Shown here piece by piece: positions 1-9,521 of a stretch of DNA of 64,000 nt. How positions within the stretch are numbered: position 1 is the first letter of the stretch; each line of letters opens with the position of its first letter. Both the position numbers and the translations under genes were made by a program. The DNA is from Flavobacteriaceae bacterium (GTDB taxonomy: Bacteria; Bacteroidota; Bacteroidia; Flavobacteriales; Flavobacteriaceae). Under the pieces are notes generated by a model, which worked only from the letters and a program-made list of their open reading frames with translations, made no database searches and was not told the DNA's origin. The stretch lies in contig JAURPF010000160.1 in assembly GCA_030835325.1 (NCBI GenBank), positions 45,024 through 109,023 on the forward strand, given 5' to 3'.

Positions 1-1
1 C

Positions 2-286
2 GCGGCATTTAAAAAAGAATTTATTGAGGCGTTAGTTAATTACCTCAACTCGGATGAAGAAAATTCTTGCACAATTTTTGGACATTGTGATAGCGATGGC
101 TCAGATCAATTCAATTTGAAACTTGGACAGCGTCGTGCCTATTTTACAAAAAGTCAATTATTAAAGTTGAACATAAGTAGTTCCAAAATCAAAACCATAT
201 CGAAAGGAGAATTCGCCCCAATTGCGACCAATAATACTGCTGCCGGAAAAGCGAAAAACAGACGAACACAAGTAATTATTAATTAA
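2..286 (+). CDS. OmpA-like peptidoglycan-binding domain protein, 3' part only (runs in from the window edge)
   Basis: Own translation of frame 2 gives ...IFGHCDSDGSDQFNLKLGQRRA...SKGEFAPIATNNTAAGKAKNRRTQVIIN*, matching the OmpA C-terminal motifs GHTD...N..L...RA and NRR. Confidence 0.85.
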   Translation, partial: AAFKKEFIEALVNYLNSDEENSCTIFGHCDSDGSDQFNLKLGQRRAYFTKSQLLKLNISSSKIKTISKGEFAPIATNNTAAGKAKNRRTQVIIN

Positions 287-301
287 ATAAAAATCAAAAC
301 T

Positions 302-808
302 ATGAACTGGTATATGTTAATTCCCCTAATCGTTGGACTCTTATGTGCCTTATTTGGATACCTTTTAGGCCGCTTGTTTAACAGTCGGAGAGTCTGTTAT
401 AATTGTGACAGCTATCAAACAAAGATTGAACGCCTCCAAGCAGAATTAACAGCTTGTAGGAACCAAAAAACAACAGCTAAAACCTCTATTACAGAAACAG
501 ATGAGGGTACACGATTTAATGCAGCCCTAGCTAAAAGTGTGTTTGGGAAGTCCATTAAGGAAAATGACCTAACAATTATTGAGGGAATTGGTCCAAAAAT
601 TCAACAACTATTTCACAATAATGGTATTAGAAGTTGGAAATCTTTCGCGGATTGTAGTGTTGCAGAGTGCCAAACAATTTTAGACAGTGGTGGAGACGCC
701 TATAAAATACATGTTCCAGGAACATGGCCAAAACAAGCCCGTATGGCATACGATGGTGAATGGAAAAAATTATTGGATTGGCAAGATGTGTTAAAGGGTG
801 GAAGATAG
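302..808 (+). CDS. Membrane-anchored protein with helix-hairpin-helix domain (COG3743-like)
   Basis: N-terminal TM helix, a short coiled coil, then DLTIIEGIGPKI (HhH) and a W..QA motif. Confidence 0.7.
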   Translation: MNWYMLIPLIVGLLCALFGYLLGRLFNSRRVCYNCDSYQTKIERLQAELTACRNQKTTAKTSITETDEGTRFNAALAKSVFGKSIKENDLTIIEGIGPKIQQLFHNNGIRSWKSFADCSVAECQTILDSGGDAYKIHVPGTWPKQARMAYDGEWKKLLDWQDVLKGGR

Positions 809-816
809 TGCCTTAC

Positions 817-1956
817 CTAACTATACTTTGCCTTTCTTAAAATTCGCATACTTTCTTTGTAGAGCGCATATACTTCTTCGCTGTGTTCATAAAACAAGGG
901 CTTTGCGGCTTGAAGTTGTGGGAGCGCAGCTTTAAAACCATTAAAATAACAGATTAGATAAGTCGCAGGAACATTTTTTAAATCTTTGAGCTGTGCAGCT
1001 GATAGCTTCATCCCTTGCTTAAGTCTATCCATAAGCGCATTATTCGTATTAAAAATATGGTGGAGAATTTTTTTGTCGTACTGAGGTGGCTCAAACAACA
1101 ATTTTGAATCAATGCTGTAAATGGCATTATTCCCAAAAGTAATGACCGTTTCCTCCAACTGATAATAGGTGTTTTTGCCATTCAAACCCAAATTCACATA
1201 CTCAATAATTTTAAAAGAATCGTTGTCGTAAGAAAGTTCTACAGCATCCAAAGTGGAATAAAACAAACGCACTTGCTCATTAATCAACTCAATATCCACC
1301 CGCGAATAAAATGTTTGTGTTTTGATTTTCTTTTTTTGACCAGACCAACACATCACAAAATATTCTTTAAAAACCTTATAAGTTGGGTTGTAGTCTTTGC
1401 GTTGAGCCATAAAATCAAACACTCCGTCCAACGTATATTCAATATTATTTCGGGAATGGGACTCAATAGACGCCACAATTTCAGAATTGGAATCCGTCAA
1501 TTCTATATCAAACACCTTGGGCACACTCATACTGCCGTCTCTAAAAAATACATTTCCTCCATAATATTTCCAAATATTTTTTCGAAGCGACGTAATTTCT
1601 TGAGATTCTTTTGGGCGAATGGTCACCAACCCCACCACTTTATCGTCGTCTAAATGAGGAAACGGAATGTTTTCGTACTGAATAATTGGTGGGTGACTTA
1701 GGTAGGCGTTTACTAAATTTTGAATTTTACTGTCGTCAAAAAAATCAACCCCAATAATGTGGCTGTACTGATCGTCAACTCCAATCACGATGTACGAATT
1801 GTTATTTGGGTTGCTATTGGATAAGGCACAAATGTGTTTCAGAAACTTCGCCTTACCCTCCTTGCTACTGATGTTAATTTTTAACTTTTTATCATAAAAA
1901 CTATTTTCGTCATTATGCGCAAGTAGATTTTTGATAAGCAGTCGTTTATTAATCAT
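817..1956 (-). CDS. AlbA_2/Schlafen-like domain protein (flavobacterial DUF5929-type)
   Basis: N-terminus ENSFYDKK...KHICALSNS...YIVIGVDD follows the AlbA_2 pattern (E....EfK...aFaN..G.i.iGv.D). Confidence 0.7.
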   Translation of the reverse strand: MINKRLLIKNLLAHNDENSFYDKKLKINISSKEGKAKFLKHICALSNSNPNNNSYIVIGVDDQYSHIIGVDFFDDSKIQNLVNAYLSHPPIIQYENIPFPHLDDDKVVGLVTIRPKESQEITSLRKNIWKYYGGNVFFRDGSMSVPKVFDIELTDSNSEIVASIESHSRNNIEYTLDGVFDFMAQRKDYNPTYKVFKEYFVMCWSGQKKKIKTQTFYSRVDIELINEQVRLFYSTLDAVELSYDNDSFKIIEYVNLGLNGKNTYYQLEETVITFGNNAIYSIDSKLLFEPPQYDKKILHHIFNTNNALMDRLKQGMKLSAAQLKDLKNVPATYLICYFNGFKAALPQLQAAKPLFYEHSEEVYALYKESMRILRKAKYS

Positions 1957-1967
1957 TTTTAAATCTT

Positions 1968-2843
1968 TTAGGGAACCTTATGTCCTTGGCTTGCTTCCAG
2001 TATTTTAAACCAATCTTGGGTTGATAAATGTATCGATACGACTTTCGAAGCCGCTTTGATACGTTCTAAATTTGTACTGCCAATCACAGGGTGAATCCCC
2101 GAAGGGTGTTGTAAGATCCAAGCCAACATTAACTGATCTGGCATAGCGTTATACGTAGCGGCTAAACTCTCGATTTGGTCTAAAATACGTTTTTTTTGAG
2201 GTGTTGTTTCCTCGCTAAAAATGGCGCCTAAAGGTGCCCATGCCATCGGCGTAATTTTTTGTGTTAACATCTGATCCAAACGTCCGTCAAAAAGTGCCTG
2301 ACACTGCACAGCAGAAAACTCAATTTGATTCACTGCAATAGCCACTTCACTTGCAATAAGATTCACTTGTGAAGGTGTAAAATTGGACACTCCAAAATGA
2401 ATCATTTTTCCTTCTTTTTTTAACTGTTCAACCGCCTCCATAACCTCATAAGGATCCATTAATGGGCTGGGGCGATGAATCAAAAGCACATCTATATAGT
2501 CTGTTTGTAAATACTTGAGAGAGGCCTCTGCAGAAGAAATAATGTATGCTTTTGAACAATCGTAATGTTTGATTTCGTTTGAACGGTTTGGAGTTACCAA
2601 CTGAATCCCACACTTAGTAATAAACTGAACGCTTGATCTCGATATCCCTGTCTTGGAAAACGCCATTCCAAAAGCAGATTCTGTAGTATAGCCGCCATAA
2701 ATATCGGCATGGTCAAAAGAACTGATCCCTAAATCGACCGTCGTTTCAATCATGCGTTGCATCTCGTTTGGGTTGAATTTTTTTCCCCAAACACCCCAAG
2801 ACATGGTCCCGGCAATAATTTTTGAAAAGTGACTTTTATTCAT
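1968..2843 (-). CDS. Aldo/keto reductase (YdhF-like)
   Basis: Motifs FDHADIYG, TKCGI, DYIDVLLIHRP, GVSNF, NQIE. ATG at 2843 is preferred over the ORF-track start at 2876. Confidence 0.9.
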   Translation of the reverse strand: MNKSHFSKIIAGTMSWGVWGKKFNPNEMQRMIETTVDLGISSFDHADIYGGYTTESAFGMAFSKTGISRSSVQFITKCGIQLVTPNRSNEIKHYDCSKAYIISSAEASLKYLQTDYIDVLLIHRPSPLMDPYEVMEAVEQLKKEGKMIHFGVSNFTPSQVNLIASEVAIAVNQIEFSAVQCQALFDGRLDQMLTQKITPMAWAPLGAIFSEETTPQKKRILDQIESLAATYNAMPDQLMLAWILQHPSGIHPVIGSTNLERIKAASKVVSIHLSTQDWFKILEASQGHKVP

Positions 2844-3000
2844 TCTTGTGAATTGGAGTCTAAAATTAACAAACAATCGTTTATTATGCCCTAAAACAAC
2901 TTTAAGTTTTAACCAATTATTAACAAGGAGAACGGAAATATTTTAACAAATTGCGTAACCAATAAAAAATAGCCCAAATAAAATTACATAAATTATCAAA

Positions 3001-4005
3001 ATGGAAGAAAATAACACTGCTGTTGACATTGCGTCAATAAATAAAAAAACTGAAAAAGAAAGTGCTTTTGTGGACTTGCTCACGCTCGAAATGGGCAAAG
3101 TGATTGTCGGACAAAAACACATGGTTGAACGTTTACTCATTGGACTTTTAGGTCAGGGTCATATTCTGTTAGAAGGGGTTCCTGGTTTGGCTAAAACACT
3201 TGCTATTAATACCTTATCACAAGCGGTTGCAGGTAGTTTTAGTCGGATTCAATTCACCCCAGACCTCTTGCCTGCCGATGTTATTGGAACCATGATTTAC
3301 AACATCAAAGCCAATGATTTTACAATCAAAAAGGGACCAATTTTTGCAAACTTTGTTCTGGCTGATGAAATCAACCGTGCGCCTGCCAAAGTACAATCGG
3401 CACTCCTAGAGGCAATGCAAGAAAAACAAGTTACTATTGGCGATGAATCCTTTGTTTTGGACAAACCCTTTCTTGTCATGGCAACTCAAAATCCAGTAGA
3501 ACAAGAAGGAACTTACCCGCTCCCTGAAGCTCAGGTGGATCGTTTCATGTTAAAAACAATCATTGATTATCCAAAAATTGAAGACGAACAACATATTGTT
3601 CGTGCCAATTTAAAAGGGGCTTTTGAAAAAATTAAACCCGTTGTAACGGTAAAGCAAATTTTGAGTGCACAAGCAGCCGTTAGAGAGGTTTATATGGATG
3701 AAAAAATTGAAAAATATATTTTAGACATCGTTTTTGCAACGCGATATCCAGAAAAATACCGCTTGGCAGAACTAAAACCTTTAATTTCTTTTGGAGCGTC
3801 TCCTAGAGGAAGTATCAATCTAGCAACCGCAGCAAAGTGCTATGCTTTCATTAAACGCCGTGGATATGTGATTCCAGAAGACGTCCGTGCTGTTGTCTAT
3901 GACGTATTACGCCACCGTATCGGTATTACATATGAAGCGGAAGCGGAAAACGTAACTTCAGAAGATATTATTAGTAAAATTGTCAATGTAATTGAGGTGC
4001 CTTAA
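3001..4005 (+). CDS. moxR: MoxR-family AAA+ ATPase
   Basis: Walker A LEGVPGLAKT, RIQFTPDLLPAD, DEINRAPAKVQSALLEAMQE, ATQNP; first gene of the bat operon. Confidence 0.95.
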   Translation: MEENNTAVDIASINKKTEKESAFVDLLTLEMGKVIVGQKHMVERLLIGLLGQGHILLEGVPGLAKTLAINTLSQAVAGSFSRIQFTPDLLPADVIGTMIYNIKANDFTIKKGPIFANFVLADEINRAPAKVQSALLEAMQEKQVTIGDESFVLDKPFLVMATQNPVEQEGTYPLPEAQVDRFMLKTIIDYPKIEDEQHIVRANLKGAFEKIKPVVTVKQILSAQAAVREVYMDEKIEKYILDIVFATRYPEKYRLAELKPLISFGASPRGSINLATAAKCYAFIKRRGYVIPEDVRAVVYDVLRHRIGITYEAEAENVTSEDIISKIVNVIEVP

Positions 4006-4062
4006 TTCGTAGTGACTTTTTGTGAGATTTATAAATCACACACCCAACAGCACACTTATCAA

Positions 4063-4929
4063 ATGGATACCAAGGAATTACTAAAAAAAGTTAGAAAAAT
4101 AGAAATCAAAACACGGCGGTTGTCCGACCATGTGTTTGGAGGTGAATATCACTCAACCTTCAAGGGTCGTGGTATGACCTTTTCTGAAGTGAGACCGTAT
4201 CAATATGGGGATGATGTTCGAAACATTGATTGGAACGTTACGGCCCGCTGCAACGAACCACATATTAAAGTATTTGAAGAAGAGCGGGAACTGACAATGA
4301 TGTTAATGGTTGACGTATCGGGGTCCAAATTGTTTGGTACCGAACCACAGTTTAAAAATGAAATTGTTACTGAAATTGCCGCAACCTTAGCCTTTTCAGC
4401 AACACAAAACAATGATAAAATCGGGTTGATTTTGTTTTCCGATGGAATTGAATTATACATCCCTCCAAAAAAAGGACGTTCTCATGTGTTGAGAATTATT
4501 AGAGAGCTCATTGAGTTTGAACCTAAAAGTAAGCTCACAGATATTGCAGAAGCTCTAAAGTTTTTGTCAAATGTGATGAAAAAGAAAGCTATTGTCTTTT
4601 TACTTTCTGATTTCATGTCTGATGACTATCAACACAACTTGAAAATTGCCTCAGGAAAACACGACATCACAGGAATCAGAATTTATGACAAATACGAATC
4701 TGAAATTCCAAATTTAGGAATGGTGCAAATGGAAGATCAGGAAACTGGCGCCTCCTTTTTAGTGAATACCGCCTCAAAAACAGTGCGTAAAAACTACCAA
4801 ACAAACTATCAAAACAAGCTTCATTATTTTTCTGATAGTTTTAAAAAATCGGGGGCTGGGGCACTCGGTTGCAGAATCGATGAAAGCTATGTGAAAAAAT
4901 TATTAGGATATTTTAAACAACGTGGATAA
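4063..4929 (+). CDS. DUF58 family protein
   Basis: G.TFSEVRPYQYGDDVRNIDWNVTAR motif; follows moxR. ATG at 4063 (MDTKELLKK) is the likely start. Confidence 0.9.
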   Translation: MDTKELLKKVRKIEIKTRRLSDHVFGGEYHSTFKGRGMTFSEVRPYQYGDDVRNIDWNVTARCNEPHIKVFEEERELTMMLMVDVSGSKLFGTEPQFKNEIVTEIAATLAFSATQNNDKIGLILFSDGIELYIPPKKGRSHVLRIIRELIEFEPKSKLTDIAEALKFLSNVMKKKAIVFLLSDFMSDDYQHNLKIASGKHDITGIRIYDKYESEIPNLGMVQMEDQETGASFLVNTASKTVRKNYQTNYQNKLHYFSDSFKKSGAGALGCRIDESYVKKLLGYFKQRG

Positions 4930-4936
4930 ATAGCAC

Positions 4937-6607
4937 ATGAAAACAGATAGAACCATAAAACAGCGTTCCTCTCAAAACACTCTTTTGAGTCTTCTCTGTG
5001 TGCTTATTTCACTAATAGGCTATGGTCAAGTAACGTCTAGTATCGATTCAACCGCCATAAAAATTGGAGCCGAGTTGTTTTATAAAATCCAGGTGAAAAC
5101 CGATTCTACCACGCTTGTGGTGTTCTCTGAAGAACAAACCTTTCAACCACTTGAAATGATCAACAGTTATTCAATTGACACCACCAAAAAAGAGGGTTAT
5201 TATCAACTCACAAAAACCTACGGGTTGACTCAATTTGACTCAGGAGTCTATACCATTCCAAAACAAAAAATTAGGGTTGGAGATGCCATTTTTTTCACCG
5301 ATTCTTTACAAGTTCAGGTAAATCCAGTTGCAGTAGATACCACCAAGCAAAAGCTGTTTGACATTAAACCGCTTATCGAAGTTGATAAAAACCCTTCTAA
5401 AATTTGGAGTACTCTTGGGTTGATCTTACTCGCCATACTAGGAGTTGGATGGGTTTTATACTGGTTTATATGGCGAAAAAAACCCATGACCGAAGCAGAA
5501 AAAATTGCAGCACTAAAACCTTATGAACGCGCCAAACTAGCGCTTGAAAAATTAGATGAAGAACGGTACTTTGAAAATGAAGAAATTAAAACGTATTACT
5601 CGGATTTGACCTTAATCTTAAGACAGTATCTAGATGAAAAAGTGTACGAACAATCGTTAGAAAGTACAACAGACGAGTTGATATTCCAACTAAAAACACT
5701 CGAAGCCGCCAATCAAATTAAGTTAAGTAAAGAAACCATTCAGAATATTGAAACTATTTTGAAACGTGCCGATTTGGTAAAATTTGCTAAATCAAAACCT
5801 GATTATCAACTTGCAAAACTCGATAAAAACACTATCGATCTCGAAATTGACCGTGTAAAAGAAGGGCTTCCTGAGCCTACCGAAGAAGAGTTGTTAAAAG
5901 ATTTAGCCTACCGCGAGGAGCTCGCCCGAAAACAAAAACGCAAAAAAATTACACAAATTACTGCTGCCATTTTAGGTGTATTTTTTATTGCAATGATTGG
6001 ACTTGTAATCCGTTCTGGATTCACAGAAGTCAAAGACACCGTGCTTAGAAACCCTAGTAAACTTTTATTAGAAAAAACGCCTTGGGTGACAAGCGAATAT
6101 GGTGCTCCTGGAATCACCATTTCAACACCTGAAGTTTTGCAGCGTCAAATCGTAGAGCTTCCAGAGGACATGAAGGGCAAGGTTCAAACGGTGGCTTTTT
6201 CATACGCTGGAACCGACACACCAATTGATGTGGTTATAAACAGCTCAAAATATGCGCCGGAAACCGACGATGAAGGTAAACAAAAAGAGGTTCAAATTGA
6301 TCTTATAAATGCGGCGGAAGGGGTCTTAGACCGTTTTGAAAAAAACGGCACTAAAAATATTATAACACGCAACGAACAGTTTATAACCCCCAATGGACAG
6401 GAAGGGCTCAAAACGTTTGGAACCGCCGAATTTCTTGCAGAGGGCAAACTCGTAAAGGGTGCCTATATTGTTTTAGGATTTTCAACACCAAGTTTATTAC
6501 AACAAGTTATTTTAACTTGGAAAGAGGAGGATGTATATGCCGACCAAATTGTCGAACGTATATTAAATTCTATCGAACTCATTAAACTCACAAAAGACGA
6601 CAAGTAA
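4937..6607 (+). CDS. Bat-operon membrane protein (between DUF58 and BatA)
   Basis: Signal-like N-terminus, two TM segments, YY..L..ILRQYL and ADLVKFAK motifs; its stop overlaps the batA start. Confidence 0.8.
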   Translation: MKTDRTIKQRSSQNTLLSLLCVLISLIGYGQVTSSIDSTAIKIGAELFYKIQVKTDSTTLVVFSEEQTFQPLEMINSYSIDTTKKEGYYQLTKTYGLTQFDSGVYTIPKQKIRVGDAIFFTDSLQVQVNPVAVDTTKQKLFDIKPLIEVDKNPSKIWSTLGLILLAILGVGWVLYWFIWRKKPMTEAEKIAALKPYERAKLALEKLDEERYFENEEIKTYYSDLTLILRQYLDEKVYEQSLESTTDELIFQLKTLEAANQIKLSKETIQNIETILKRADLVKFAKSKPDYQLAKLDKNTIDLEIDRVKEGLPEPTEEELLKDLAYREELARKQKRKKITQITAAILGVFFIAMIGLVIRSGFTEVKDTVLRNPSKLLLEKTPWVTSEYGAPGITISTPEVLQRQIVELPEDMKGKVQTVAFSYAGTDTPIDVVINSSKYAPETDDEGKQKEVQIDLINAAEGVLDRFEKNGTKNIITRNEQFITPNGQEGLKTFGTAEFLAEGKLVKGAYIVLGFSTPSLLQQVILTWKEEDVYADQIVERILNSIELIKLTKDDK

Positions 6608-7605
6608 TGTTTAACGGAATCGATTTTACTCAAAAAGAATTTTTATGGCTGCTTCTTGTGTTGCCTTGCTTGGTATTTTGGTATGTGTTGAAACACAAAA
6701 AACAGACTGCTCAATTGAGCATTTCAAGTGTGCAAGGCTTTCAAAAAAATACGATATGGAGTACGTTCAAACATTCATTATTCGTTTGCAGAATGGCAGC
6801 AATTATTTTGGTTATTTTGGCGCTTGCCCGCCCTCAAACGGTTGATGTGTCTTCCAAAACAAAAACAACTCGTGGAATTGATATTGTGATGGCCATTGAT
6901 GTTTCAGCGAGTATGTTGGCAAAAGACCTAAAGCCAAACCGGCTTGAGGCGCTAAAAAACGTAGCCGCAGATTTTATCAAAGGACGGCCAAATGACCGAA
7001 TAGGACTTGTAGAATATGCTGGGGAAAGCTATACAAAAACCCCCATTACAAGCGATAAAAGTATTGTACTTCAATCGTTAAGAGATATAAAATACAACAC
7101 AGTGATCACTGGTGGAACTGCCATCGGGATGGGACTCGCAACTGCCGTGAACCGCATTAAAGACAGCAAAGCAAAAAGTAAAATTATTATTCTTTTGACG
7201 GACGGCGTTAATAATGCTGGATTTATAGACCCTCAAACAGCAAGCGAATTAGCGGTAGAATATGGTATTAAAACATACACCATCGGGTTGGGAACCAACG
7301 GCATGGCGTTGTCACCAATTGCCATTCGAAATGGCCAATTTCAATATGGGAAAATTCAAGTGGAAATCGATGAAGAGCTCTTAAAAGAAATTGCGGAGGT
7401 CACTGGAGGGAGATATTTTAGAGCAAACAACAATCGTAAATTAATGGAAATTTATAAAGAGATTGATAAGCTCGAAAAAACGGAAGTAGAAGAATTCAAG
7501 TTTTACAATTATGAAGAGAAGTTTAGACCTTTAATTTGGATCGCCCTTGGGTTGTTGTTGTTTGAGTTTTTGTTGCGATTTACACTATTTAGAAGTTTTG
7601 TTTAG
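6607..7605 (+). CDS. batA: VWA-domain protein BatA
   Basis: N-terminal BatA TM segment, LARPQ, MIDAS DVSASM, LLTDG. Confidence 0.9.
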   Translation: MFNGIDFTQKEFLWLLLVLPCLVFWYVLKHKKQTAQLSISSVQGFQKNTIWSTFKHSLFVCRMAAIILVILALARPQTVDVSSKTKTTRGIDIVMAIDVSASMLAKDLKPNRLEALKNVAADFIKGRPNDRIGLVEYAGESYTKTPITSDKSIVLQSLRDIKYNTVITGGTAIGMGLATAVNRIKDSKAKSKIIILLTDGVNNAGFIDPQTASELAVEYGIKTYTIGLGTNGMALSPIAIRNGQFQYGKIQVEIDEELLKEIAEVTGGRYFRANNNRKLMEIYKEIDKLEKTEVEEFKFYNYEEKFRPLIWIALGLLLFEFLLRFTLFRSFV

Positions 7606-8643
7606 ATGTATCAATTAGAAGAAAAAATATGGTTTTGGTTGCTGCTCATCATCCCTGTGATGTTGGTCGTGTTTTTGTGGACACTTCTCTGGAAAAAACG
7701 CGTCCAGAAAAAATTTGGAAACACAAGTGCCTTGAAACGGCTAAGTCCAGATCAGTCTGTGTTTAAATCGGTACTAAAATTTTGTGTATTATCGCTTTCA
7801 ATAAGTTGTTTTGTGGTTGCTTTGGTTAATCCAAAAATTGGCACAAAACTTGAGACTGTTAAACGTGAGGGAGTTGATATTGTTTTTGCTATTGACGTAT
7901 CAAAAAGTATGCTCGCCGAAGATGTGGCACCCAATCGATTGGAAAAATCCAAACAACTTGTTACACAAATTATAAATAATTTGACAAGCGATCGCATCGG
8001 AATTATTGCCTACGCTGGTAAAGCATTTCCACAACTGCCGATTACAACAGATTATGGTACGGCAAAAATGTTTTTACAAAGCATGAACACGGATATGCTT
8101 TCCTCACAAGGAACAGCTATTGATGACGCCATTCAGCTGTCGCGAAATTACTTTGATGATGAAGAACAAACCAATAGAGTTTTAGTCATCATTTCTGATG
8201 GCGAGGATCACAACGACCTCAGTGTGGAGGTGGCAGAAGCTGCTTCTGAGGAGGGCATCAAAATATACACCATTGGAGTGGGAAGTGAAAAAGGAGGACC
8301 AATCCCTCTCAAAAGAAATGGGGTGGTTATGAGTTATAAAAAAGATAAAAACAATGAGACTGTTATTACTAAACTTAATTCGGAAACCTTAAAGTTAATC
8401 GCAGAAGAAACGAAAGGCGCTTATATAGCAGGGAATTCTACCGCCGAAGTAGTAGAACAAATTCACGATATTTTGAATAAGATGGACAAAAAAGAATTTG
8501 AAGCTAAAGAATTTGCAGAATACAAAGATCAGTTTCAATGGTTTTTAGGGTTAGGATTGTTCTTTCTAATATTAGACATTTTATTTTTAGAGCGAAAAAC
8601 AGCTTGGTTAAAACGCTTAAATTTATTTAACGAAAACCTATGA
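7606..8643 (+). CDS. batB: VWA-domain protein BatB
   Basis: MIDAS DVSKSM, PNRLE, ISDGEDH; directly after batA. Confidence 0.9.
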   Translation: MYQLEEKIWFWLLLIIPVMLVVFLWTLLWKKRVQKKFGNTSALKRLSPDQSVFKSVLKFCVLSLSISCFVVALVNPKIGTKLETVKREGVDIVFAIDVSKSMLAEDVAPNRLEKSKQLVTQIINNLTSDRIGIIAYAGKAFPQLPITTDYGTAKMFLQSMNTDMLSSQGTAIDDAIQLSRNYFDDEEQTNRVLVIISDGEDHNDLSVEVAEAASEEGIKIYTIGVGSEKGGPIPLKRNGVVMSYKKDKNNETVITKLNSETLKLIAEETKGAYIAGNSTAEVVEQIHDILNKMDKKEFEAKEFAEYKDQFQWFLGLGLFFLILDILFLERKTAWLKRLNLFNENL

Positions 8644-9518
8644 TTTACTTAAATAACATACTTAAAACTCTGGGGATTGAAAACAACCCATTTATATCTA
8701 TTAGATATTCATACGTTACTTTATTGTTTTTTATGACCCTGTTTGTAGGCACAGCACAAGAAATAGACCCCAAATTACTTGAATCTAATGCGTATGTCTT
8801 TGAGGGGAATTCAATCGTTGGGGAAGATTTTATAGAGGCTGAAAAAAAATACCGTTTAGCGGTATCCACAAAACAAAACAACGTCTCTGGTTCCTTTAAC
8901 TTAGGAAATGCCTATTACAATTCTGAACTTTATGACGAAGCTCTGTTGCGCCATTTAGAGGCTGTAGAAAACAGCAGTTCAAAGGCTGAAAAACACAAGG
9001 CTTATCATAATATTGGAAATATTTTGATGCAAAAGAAACAGTGCAAAGAAGCGGTTTCAGCTTTTAAAAATGCACTAAGAAACAATCCTTCGGACGATGA
9101 AACTCGGTATAACTTAGCCCTCGCTCAAGAGTGTGCAAAAGAACAAGGTGATGGCGATGGTGATGGTGATGACGAAGATAAAGACAAGGATAAGGACGAG
9201 AACAAAGACGAGAAAGACGACAGCAACGAAAAACAAGATAAAGACGAAAAAAATAAAGATAAAGGGGGCGAAGAAGATAAAAACGAAGGAGACGATAAGG
9301 AAGATAAGGACGGAAAACCCAAAGACGACAAAGATGATCAGAAAAACAAAAACCCAAAAGACGACAAAGGAAAGCCGCAACAACAACCTGGAAAACTATC
9401 ACCACAACAAGTAAAAAATTTACTTGAAGCAATGAATAATGAAGAGAAAAAAGTACAAGAAAAAATGAATGCCTCTAAAACAAAAGGGGTAAAGATAAAA
9501 ACAGAAAAAGACTGGTAG
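8640..9518 (+). CDS. batC: TPR protein BatC
   Basis: TPR repeats (FNLGNAYY, YHNIGN, RYNLALA), a D/K-rich linker and the C-terminal EKDW. Confidence 0.88.
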   Translation: MIYLNNILKTLGIENNPFISIRYSYVTLLFFMTLFVGTAQEIDPKLLESNAYVFEGNSIVGEDFIEAEKKYRLAVSTKQNNVSGSFNLGNAYYNSELYDEALLRHLEAVENSSSKAEKHKAYHNIGNILMQKKQCKEAVSAFKNALRNNPSDDETRYNLALAQECAKEQGDGDGDGDDEDKDKDKDENKDEKDDSNEKQDKDEKNKDKGGEEDKNEGDDKEDKDGKPKDDKDDQKNKNPKDDKGKPQQQPGKLSPQQVKNLLEAMNNEEKKVQEKMNASKTKGVKIKTEKDW

Positions 9519-9521
9519 AGA

